A stretch of 64,000 nt of DNA. It comes from a virus. The stretch lies in the IMG/VR virus record IMGVR_UViG_3300025849_000010, positions 32,001 through 96,000 of that record. One strand, written 5' to 3'. Shown in pieces: positions 20,391 to 32,300 of this stretch. Position numbers and translations under genes: made by a program. The notes under the pieces were generated by a model. The model did not search any database. It worked only from the letters and a program-made list of their open reading frames with translations, and was not told the origin of the DNA. Position 1 is the first letter of the stretch; every line of letters begins with the position of its first letter.

Positions 20391-23300
20391 TTATTTAGGA
20401 AACGAAACTGTTTGGGCACGTAAGAACTTGCCTATTGCATTTTCTGTATCTGATAAACTTTCTCCACGATTCTGCCATATTACACCCTGTTTACGCTTGA
20501 TTACTATCTTTGCGCCTACTTTTGGAGCAACTGTTAAACGCACAGACGGTGTTCCATTAACACTAAAATCTGCAGGTAACCCGCTGTCACCTAACGGACT
20601 TAGCTGGTCTTTGTCTGGGTTATATAATGTGCATGGCGCTTTGTTCATTCTCTTACCCTCTACAAAAACTTCAATATCATCTGCTTGTCCATATGTCTCA
20701 GGAATTGATGTTGCAGTTGGGTCAAATTCGTTATTTCTGTTCCAACCGTTGTTTGCTCTTACTGTAGCTGTATTTAACTTCGGAGTGTATGGAAGCGAAT
20801 ATTCTTGTGTTATTCCGTCACCGTAAAATACTTCAGTAAGCTCTGTGTCAAGATAATCAATTGTTAAACTCTTACCTTGATTTAGAACTTCTGTCGCAGC
20901 ATGATAAATTTCTTTAGTAGCAGTGCCATACGTTCCTCTTCTTAGTTGTGATAGTATATTTCCTTCTTTCTTCATGTACTCAATACGTTCTGATCCAACG
21001 AATATAATTCCTGGAACGTTTTGTCTTACAATTGGATCGTCTAATACACTAGCATCATCTACCTCAATACTGCTGTCATACCAATTTAGTAATGTAGTTA
21101 ACTTTGTTGACTTTTCAGTATTAACTGCTTTGTAATGAGTTCTATTCAAGTTATCAGTAAACTGTCTAAATGCAAAACTCTTTTCAACTGGATCATAATC
21201 AAATATAACAATACTAAATGTATCAGTGCTGTTAATATTACGAGCAATATCAACTTGTACTGCGGTGCCGCCTTCGATTAGTGTGTAATCTCTGTGAGGA
21301 GTTAACAAAGAACCGTTGATTGCAACTAGTACGTAGTTTGCATTTGAAACTGGTGTGCTTAGAAGAATAATTCCGGCATTGCCTGCAACACTACTACGGT
21401 ACCATTTGCTTGCAGGAGTTAATGTACGTCTACTTAGTACGCTCTTAGATTTATGCTGAGTGTCAAACACATCAGTGTTGTAAAAACTCATAATCATCAA
21501 GTTTGTGCCGCTCGGTAATGCAGTAGGAGTTACTAACTTTCCGTTCATCACATAGTATTGTGCATTTGTCATGATGAATACTTTTATCTCTTGACCTAAT
21601 TTAAGTTTACCAGCAATGAAAGCAATTGTGTTAGATCCAAAATCAATTTGGTAATCAACCCCTAGTTCTTTAATTATACCGTCTACATAAACTTCTGTGT
21701 GTCCTGAACTAAACTCGCCATATTCAAAGTCACTTAGGTCAACTTGAAAGTCGTCTGCGCCGTTAGCTGTAAACACCTGTGTGTATCCGCCATTTAACAT
21801 TTTGTCATCAGCAAATACTACTAAGAAGTTAGCACTTGGAGAAGCACCATACGGAGTGTCATCAAGATCAAACTGTGTTGTACTACCGTCAGCTGTTTCT
21901 AGCTGCTTTTGTATGTAACTATAATCTGGAGACTCGTCGTTATATACTGTGTATTTGATGTCAGCGTTAGTTGGCGGAGTTGGATCAAAATCTAGACCTA
22001 GTCTGTTAGATTCTTGGTAAGAATCATCTGTTACAAGCAATCTTGGCTTAACTCGTTTGCCATTAACTGTTGCAAATACTCTTAGGTCTTTAGTATATTT
22101 CAATGGAGTAATAAATTCGCTTGTACTTCCGTCGCCAGTAAATCCGTCAATTAAAATAATATCATTGCCGTTTGTACCAAATGTCATAATAGTAACAACA
22201 TCGTTTACGCTTGGTACTGTATTCAATATTATAGTTTTACCTGGATTAATCAGGTAATCATTTAACGACTGTATATTAACATCTAACTCTGCTACTTCAC
22301 TAGTTAGCAATGTTTTTTGTGGTTGCAAAGTAGATAGTTCTGTTGTATAATCACTAATAGCTATAGATAGTTGTGATTCAGTTTCTACTAGTGCAGCAAG
22401 GTCTACTGTTTCTTGACTAAACTGACTATTGTAACCCGACAACTGACCTTGCAGAACACTAATCTGGCTTAGTAAACTAGCTAGCTGACTTTCGTAAGTA
22501 GGACTCTGAGGACTAAGCGATGCAACCTGTGACTCTAATGAAGCAATTTGAGACTGTGTAAAGAGTATACTATTTTCAATTGCATCTAGTAACGACTGCT
22601 GATTGATTATTTCAACTGCAATGTCATCTAATTGTGTTTCTAATGGAGCAATTAATACCTGTAGTTCGTCAATTCTAGACGAAACTATAGTAAGCTGTTC
22701 TTCTTTAATAGCCTTGTTACTTTCGTATGCTGTTAAGAAGTCAGTGTACGCTGCAAAGTTTGGAGTATACTGATACTGGTTTGGACGCAGGATCTTATTA
22801 TTAACTTTTATTATTAGCGCATCTTTACTTTGCGGATCTGCAATATAAGCAAAACTCTTAGTGCTTCCATCTGCTACGTAACTAATGCTGTTAATCTGTG
22901 GGCCGCCACTACGTGACAAGCTATAAACAAACATGTCAATAGATTCCGAAACGTGCCCCGGAACTTGCTCTTCTAAGCCGCCGCTTGTAGTTGGTGTAAC
23001 AAATCCGTCGCCATCCATTGTGATATCTTCTGGATTATACCCAGTAGCTTGAGCATATCCTAGATCGCCGCCGTTAACAATACTATCAATATCAACGCCT
23101 ACTGGGATGAAGCTGCCATCACTTGTTGATTTTCTTAAGATAACTTGTTCTTGTCCTGCATCACCTAATATAACACTTGACAAATTCTGTAACGGAATAG
23201 TAAAGTCTGTTGTTTCTCCGTCACCTGCAATAGTTTGCATTACTGCATTTGTATTCGTTATGCCTGTTCCTACATTCCAGTTAGTATCATCAATACGAAC

Positions 23301-26300
23301 TCCGTTTACATAAACGTTCCATATGTCATCAACCGCAGGTGCAGTTGCAAATGTATAAGTTAGCTCAGTAGCATCATTGTAAAGTGTGATATCTGTAAAT
23401 GTTTCGTCACTACCTTCCCAAGTTACGTTGTCCCAACTTGTTCCGTCTGTGCCCCAACCGCCTGAAGGTTCAAATCCAAAACCTGTTACGCTTACACCGC
23501 CATAGTCTACGCCTGTCATTAACGCAGCCGGGTCTTTTGCAAGTTGTCCAACAGTTGGGTTGTAATAATAGTTAATTCTATCATAGGCCCTTAAGAACGA
23601 AATGTCTTTTTTGTATTCAATAGTTAAAGTTTCGGTTGCTTCTGCTGCTATTAATATTTCTAAATGTCCGAACAACTTAGTTAGTCCGTCGACTTTAGTA
23701 GTAGCATTTCCTAAACTATATTCGCTGTCTAGCAATTCCTCGCCATTAATTTTAACAGTAGTTAAACCTTTTCTTAAATCAGCTGGCCACTTTAGCGCAA
23801 ATGTTGTTTGCACGCCTGTGCCTAAAAATGTTTCTGTAACATCTAAATTTAGTACTTCTGATTGACCTAGTGTCCTATCAAATTTAATTGTTATGTCGTT
23901 TTTACGAATTGTATTATTATCAATGATAGCAATAAGTGTAGCAGTTTCGCCTGTATCATCAACTGAGCCGTTAATAATTACATCAGGTCTTGAGTAATAC
24001 CCAGTTCCTGAATTAGTTACCACAACATTAGTGATTTTTCCGCCACTACCGATATATGCTTTAGCTGTTGCGCCGCGGCCGCCGCCACCGCTGATTGTTA
24101 ACTCAGGTGCTGTTTGATAACCTATACCGGCATTTTGTATTTGTATATCACTTACACCGTATGTGTGGTTATCTTTCCAACTCTGATCTGGATATATATC
24201 CAACGATGTATTTCCATCTAATACTAGATCGTTATTAAACACTTTAATGTTATTTGTTGATTTTAAATCAAAGTCAGTGGTTAGTGTGCTAACTACTTCA
24301 GTTTTGTTATAGCTACTTACAAATTCCCTTACTTTAGTTCTATATGGTTTTACTTCGTTGATGTAATCTTGATAAGAAGTTAAACTATCATTTTTATATG
24401 TAATTCTCTGTTCTAGTTCTCCTACATTGTGTTTTGCCTTTACAAAACTTGTTTTAAAGATCCAGTCAACTGGTGTCTGTTCAGTTAACACATAGCGAAC
24501 ACTGTTAAAGAATAAGTTGTTAAATTCTACTTGTAAGTTATCAATAAAGATATTATTACGGATAGCATCAAGAATGATTCTTGCTTCTTGAGTCGGAATA
24601 CTATCGTAGTTTACTTCTTCATAACTAATACCGTCATATCCTAATACGTTTTGATCAAAATCATATAATGCTGAACTTAATTCTATAGTTGCCTTTTCTC
24701 TTCCAACTACAGTATAGTTTAAGTTGATATCACTTTCATTAGTTTCATTATTTCTCTTTAATAGTAACCAAGTTCCGCTACTGCCGACATTGGTAATTTT
24801 TACTATTTGTCCAGGGCGCGGCGAAATATTTAATAATTGGTATGACCCGTCAATTAAGAAATCAATCGGTGTATTTGCAGTTACGCCAGATGAATACCAA
24901 TCTCTGTAAGTCCAGTAACTTGACACATCATACGATTGTATTCTAGTTAGCTGCCAGTTCTTGTTTCTAGTATCGTAAACATATAGTCCCCACTTGTTAG
25001 TATTATTAACGTTTGTACTTAGAACTGTATATTGTCTAACTACTGCATAAGTATCGTCTATATATCCAGTACCTGGGTTAACAATAGAGACGCTGTCTAT
25101 TCTACCAAATGCATCAATAGTTGCTTCTAATACTGCATCTTTACCTTGGCCTACTACCGTGATGTCCGGTGCTTGTAAATATCCTCTACCAGGATTGTCA
25201 ATAACAACATCTGTTATGTTGCCGTTTTCAATTCTTAAACTAATATCAGCAGTAGTAAGTTTACCAGTAGCAATAAAGTTTAACTCTAAGTCATCGGATA
25301 TTTCTATGTCAAACAGTTTTGATTCTGCTGTTGGTACTAATTCTTTCTCAAAGAACGGTGATATGTCGAAGTCGTCAACAAGTATGTTTTTAGAGAATAC
25401 ATAGTTAATGTATTCAATTGCTTGTTTCATTGCTTCGATTCTATTTTTAAACATGCCCTGTCTTGGCTTATTTAAAATACCGTAGCGTTGCTTTTCTCCT
25501 AGATTTGGATTTGGCACTGGATAACCATCAGTTGTAAATCCAACTAAACTATCATACCACTTTTTAATTAATAGGTCATTAGGTATACTAATATCTAAAC
25601 CTTCAGAGATAATTTGGTATTGTCTATGTATGTTAGTATCAGTTTTGTCTGTTGTCCAGAATCTAATATTAACTGCAATGTCTGCATCATTTAGATATTG
25701 TTTGGCATTATATAGTACAAAACTATTATTACTGGTTATTGCTATGTAGCTATATCCCTGTCCGCTCGGATCTTTAATTAGATTAGCAATAGACGCAACA
25801 TCGATTGCTCTTCCGTCTTTCTGAGGCACAGTTGTTTTATTTTTAACCCAGAACATATATTTGTTTGTAAATATTTTTGCTATCGGATCGTACTCTTTAG
25901 CAATTACATAAGAAGTATCTCCGTATTTTGATGTTCCGGTAATACCTAGTGCAGGGCCTTCGTCTGATGCAGATAGCTCATCGTATACACTTGGTTTGTA
26001 CTTTGAACTTACCCATTCGTACACATCAATACTGCCATATTGGTTTAATTTACTCCAATTGTTAGCTCTATATAATGCTGAGTTTTGATGATAGTTTACA
26101 AAGCGTGAAGTTGTTAAGTCCCACCATACATCGCCTACATTAGTTGCGTCCCAGGCTCCAACTTCATCAATGTTTACACTATCGTCACCAACAGTATAAA
26201 CTGCTGGATCCCAGAATGTTTTATATTTTATTTCTTGATCAGCAGGTCCTGCAATTTTTCCTTGTAAAGGATCAATAATGTCTAGTTCTTTTACTAACAC

Positions 26301-29300
26301 ATTTGTTCTAGTATTGTACAAGAACGCACTTTTAATTTTTGATACATCAGCCGGAGCAACTGCCTGTCTACGAGTATTCCAGCTAGTAACATTACTTGTT
26401 CTATAAAAGTCGATTATTGCGCCGTTTCTGTTGTTGTAGTTAGGCACACCTGCAATTACATGATTTTTATTTGCAAGAACATTTGTTCCTAGATTAATAA
26501 CATCTCTGTCAGCTAGTACAATTGAATCTTCGTAGGTAAACTTGCCGTCATATCTGTAGTATACATCTATTTTTCCTGTATCTTTAAATATGTTTGATAA
26601 GTGGGTTGCATTAGAGTCAAAAGTTGTATTATCCGATAGTGGAGTTCGTTCAACTTGATCTCCACGACGTGAACCTATAACTAGATTATTATCTGAAATA
26701 CTTACTTTGTTTCCAAATTCTTGATTTGCAGAAGATCTAACTTCAATCGTTTGCTCAATAACAAAATTAGCAGCATTACTTGACACAGCTTCTTGATTAT
26801 TTAGAACAAAAACTTTACCAGTATCAAGTTTGTCAACGCTGTCATATTTTGGCGAGCCAATTACTAGTGTTTGTGCATCTTCAGTTAAACTAATACTGTG
26901 TCCAAACACGTCTCCGGATGCATCGTTATCGCCAAGTGTGCTTGAAGATATCGTTTGTACAAGATTGTATACATCATTTTCGTAAGTATAAACAAATACC
27001 TTTCCGTAAACACCAGTAGTATCTACTGCAATTTCTTCCCAGTTAGGAGCTGCTGGAGCAGTACCAGCACTTGCTGTTGTTAATTTTTTCCAATATAGCC
27101 CATTATACTTAACTGCTTCATTGATAGCATAAGTTGCAGTATTAATATATTCGCCTTTAAAGTTTTCAACAATTGCACTGTTTGCAAAAGGCGCATTAAC
27201 TGTGAGTATGTTGCCGTTGTCTGATAATTCAACATCGACACCAAAGTCCATTGAAGCGTTAATTACTTCAACAGTGTTACTTCCAGTAGCAGCAAGGGGT
27301 AAAGACTTAGTAGGAGCCCATTGCCATTTGCCGCCTGTGCTTAGATTCCAGTCAAACACATAAACTTTACCAATACCGTCATGTCCAGGTGCCGACACAA
27401 ACATTCTGTAGTCTAACTTTCCTACTTCTTTAATAGTAATGTTTTCGCCAAAACGCTGACCCGGCTGTGGTTCAGGAGACTGCATAATAAACAATAAGTT
27501 AAAGTTGCCGCTGCCGGTTCTTACATATACCGACACCCAGCCTTGATTTGTAATACCTGATGTAGCTGTTGATTTTCCTTCAACTTCGTTGTAACCTAAT
27601 TCAACCCAATCGCTTACTAAGTTCGGCGGTGTAGCATTTAAACCGTTAACAATTGCTTTGTAGAATTTATCTTGGTAAACAACAACATCTTCTTGAACAT
27701 AATTTGCGCCGGCATTCCATTCGCCTGTAAAATATGTAGGAACATCGCTGGCATTTGGTACACCAACTGCTAAAAACTTTGTATCCGGAGACAGTGAAAG
27801 CACTTGTCCAAAGCCGCCGTATAATGGTGATGTTTCACTTACACCATAAGCTGGACTAAACTCTGTTTTGGTTAGCGATGTAGGAAGCTCAATGGTTTGT
27901 ATTAACCTATGTTCAGTTAAATCATTTGCTCTAGCATATACATATACTGCTGCATCTGAGGTTGTAATAACCTTTTGCAATACATCAGTATCTTGATCAC
28001 GCTGTTCTATACTTGTAGTCGAATATGCAGGATCACCTACTACAAAATCTCTATTATATCTGTCAACTGCCACACTTGTGCCGTATGTGCCAGTTGTATC
28101 AAAAGTATTTGAAATTATATTTTTCTGATAAACTTTATTTTTTTCTAATACTTTCCAGTTGTTGTTTATTCCATCAACCCAGACAAGCTCGCCTTGTGAA
28201 AAGCCGTCGATAGGAGTAATAACATTTATTTCGTTAGTATCTGAAATTCTAGCATGAACAAAATTGTAAAGAATTCCTTGACTGCTATCTTCAACTGTAA
28301 CATCGTCGTCTAGTTTCTTATCACTTTCAACTGTAACATCATAACTGTTAATTGATTTAATTTTATAGAATTTATCAACATCTGGGGAAACGTTCTTAAC
28401 GCCAATTACATCTCCAACTTCTGCAACAAGCAATTCGTTAGTTCTTAAAATAATGTCTGTGCCGCTGCCTCTTTTTGCCGACAACACATTTATTTTTGCA
28501 TCTTGCATTCTTAGTACGGTCCAAGAAGCATTATAGAAACTTACCCAAACAGTTGAGCCTACATTAAAATCATCAATATTTAATGCTGCAATGTCATCTA
28601 CGTATTTTACACTAAAATCAACATCATTTTCATCTACGTTGCCTGCTGTTCTAATAAAAGAAGGTATTTTAGTAGTAGCTTTGAACGGAGCATGATTGTA
28701 ACCGTCATATGTTACATACGCTTGATCCGGAGTATATCTATAAACCAAGTCAGTTGTATTAGAATCAATAACCGATACTAGCTCAAACGGCTGTGGTTCA
28801 AGTCTAACAAATTCTTCATCAATTTTATATTCAACTTCAACAAAGCTATCTACTGCGCCATAATCGCCTGATCTGATAGCCCACTCTTCATAAAAGTTAA
28901 GACTTTCTTTATCAGCTGCGCCGAGCTTGTCAAACATTTTGTTTAGTACATTTTTTGTACCTTTGTCAAGAATCATACCTTGATAAAACTTATACTGACT
29001 CACATCGTCATTAATAATGTTTTCTAGGTATCTGCGTTTTTGGTAACCAATGGTATGCTGTGCTAACCGCTGCTGCTCTGTGTCAAAGTTGTCTGTGTCT
29101 AGATCAAAGAAATCTGTAAACTGTTCGGCTCTGTAATCAAAGTTTGGAATTAAAGTACTTTGTTGAATTCCAGATAGGCGTTTCCAATTTTCTTCGTTAA
29201 ATACTTCTCCAGAAACTATTTTATCTTCTGCACTATAATAAAACTCTTTATGTTTTACTACGTCACCAATTTGGAACTGTGTAAACGGTGTCCAAGATTT

Positions 29301-32300
29301 AACAGTAACTTCATCAAAGATAAATCCCGGAGTAGTTAATCCACCATCCCATAAAACAGTTTTGTATCCCAATACCTTTACACGATCTTGTCTGTAACCT
29401 GCCGGTTTGTCGTACAACGTATCAGCAAACACTGTTGTATTGTCTATTAAAAGTACATGTTCTGTTTGTACTAAGTGTAGTCTAGCAAAATAAATGCCGT
29501 CATCGCCTAAAGTTTCTAGTGTGAATTTATTATTTGCTCTAGTAACATCTAGATCGTTTATCGATATACGAGTTCCTGCACTATTGTATATTTCATAGTC
29601 ATAAAAGTCATTTAGTAAACTATCAACATTAGTATAGTCAACATTGATTGTAAATGTTTTTGCACCCGGGCTAAGTGCAATAACAGTGCCTTCTGACCAA
29701 TTCTGTGTTGTCCAGTATACAAACTCTTTAACCGAAGTGTCCCAGTCTTGTAGTATAGAATTTTCGTTATCATAGTTGTCAAATACAAAACCAGCTTCAG
29801 CTAGGTAAGCACCGTATCCATACATAAAGTCAACAACAGCTTGTACAGTAGGTAATATTGTACCGTAATCTAATGTGTAATATGCACTGGTATCGAAGTT
29901 GCTTCTATAAAAATAGCTGTTGCCGCCGACTGACGGTAAGGAAGGTAATTTAACAAATTTATCAGAATCAAAAGTATCACTACTAAAGTGATCTTCACGA
30001 CATCTGTAATAGATTCCGTTATACTCAACAATTTTACCTTGGATATAAGTTTTTTCACTATCCCAAGAAATAAATGACTCGCTAACTGCGCCTATTGTTA
30101 TTTGGCTGTCGTTTTGAGAAGTTATTATTCTACGATGTTGGAAGTATGGAAACTTTTGATCATATCCCTTTATTAAGAATCCGTTGGTTCTTTTTTCAAC
30201 TATAACGCCACTGTACGATAATACGTCCACAGGGCTACTTGTGTTTAACACAATTTGATAGTTTTCTTCTGGAATGAAAACATTTCCTTCATTCAAAGGA
30301 GTACGACTATCTAGTATTAATCTAAATTTAGACTTTTCTGTATATCCTGCAAGTTTTGCACCTAGCTGGTTATTTGCATTTTTTAAATTAAAAGAATAAT
30401 CAGTAACAAACGACTCGCCTGTTTGATATAGCCAATTGTTAACATAAGAAATCAAACCGCTTGCAAGTGCAGTATTAGACACTTTATCTGCAAGACCCGA
30501 AAGTGTTGGATATTCTCCCGCATATTTAATAATGCCACTGACGTCACGGGAAGTATGAGCGCGATCTAAATATACTCCAAATATTTGTGCAGGCTTAGTT
30601 AAGAACCAAGCGCACAGCAGTGAGAAGCGATAACTACTTGATCGTCTCCAAGCGTTTTCAACTGGTGATTGATCGCCAAACGCATATTCTGCACCGAACT
30701 CAGCTGATTCGTAATTTTGTGCAATATTTGCTTCAATAGGATCTCTAAGTCTTCCGTTTGCATCTACTGGAATGATATCCAATAAGCCAGGACGACTAAA
30801 GTCATTGTTAATTCTATTATTACCAGGTTCTTTAATACGGCCTACTTCTAAGTCTCTCCACATTAGTAAGTTTTCACTAGTGTACGGAGCCGGGCCGTAT
30901 TCATCTTCCCACCAACTTGGCATGATGCTGAAGCCTAGCATCTCCCAAGGCGTTAAATGAGGTCTGTCAGTATCGTACCAATAGTTGTATATGCCTCTCC
31001 AAAATCCTGGAAGCTGTTTATCTTTATACGAACCAGTCTTATAGTTATAGGTAAACTGATTACCAGTCTCGAACCAAACATTATCAGTGTAAGACACATT
31101 AAGATTTTTATGCCATTTTAAAAACAAAGGTCTTAAAATGTTATCTATTTCTTTTAGACTATATTCGCCTGTTCTATTAGCGCCTGGCTTAAAGGAATAA
31201 AAATCAACAAGGTCGTTAGTATATTCAATTTTAATATTGTTATATATTCTACGTTCTAGTTCAATGATTAAGTCATCTCTGTAATCATTAAATGCCAGTA
31301 TTACACTTCCGTCGTGTCCTTGAATTACATTCTGCGGAGTTTGTAAAGTAGTGTCTAAATATTTTTTAGGCTCATACTTAGGCAACAATCCTAATCTAGC
31401 AGGAGTAGGAGCAATATAGTTACCTACTAGTGTGCTATACTCTCGAATAACAATAACATCGTCGACTTCTTTTGCTACATTAATTTTAACAAAATTATCA
31501 TTAATGAACTCGTACTCTGATCCTAGTAACAGTTGTGTATCGTTTAGATAAACTAATATCGCTTTGTCTTGATGCTTGTATGGTTCAAAAATTTCTGTAA
31601 TACCGTAAAGTTCAAACGTTGGGTCAATTACAGTATGTCTAATTTCGTTAAATGCTCTAAAAGGAACCATGCCACTATTATAGAAGCTATCAGTCTCTTT
31701 GTTTTCTGCTGTGATACTTTCTAAAATAGTATCAACATCTATATTAGGCGTTCCTAAAATTTCGTCTGTAGAAATTTTATCTAAGAATGTCTTTTGAAAC
31801 TTGTCATAACTTTTTGCAGCATAATCAAGAGATTTAATAATGTTTGTATCCTTGTTAGTCAAGTGATACATCGCTATGTTAATCGGTCCAGAATGCTTAA
31901 CAAAGCGGCTGCCGTAAGCACTAACTGTTCCTAGGTCTCTAATATTAGAAATTCCTGGGAATGTTCCTTCAACTGCTGGTGCTGCATTAAATATAGTCTC
32001 AACGTGATCAGTAATTTCGCCTAGCGTAATTTGTGTAGGATCTTCGTTATTAGGATTGTTTTGCAAGTTCAATGGAAACTCGTAATACCCATTTTCATTT
32101 TTGTTTGCAAGACTATGTGTTTTAATAATAACGCTTGAATTTTCGTTCAAGTCATTTGCAAAATGAACATATAATCTATTGTTCTGTGTTACTAATGTAA
32201 AATGATTAGTAATTTTGTTGTTTACAAATACTTTAACATCTAAATCAGTTAATAGTGCAGCATCATTGTATACATCAATCTCAAAATCGTTTCTATTTAA

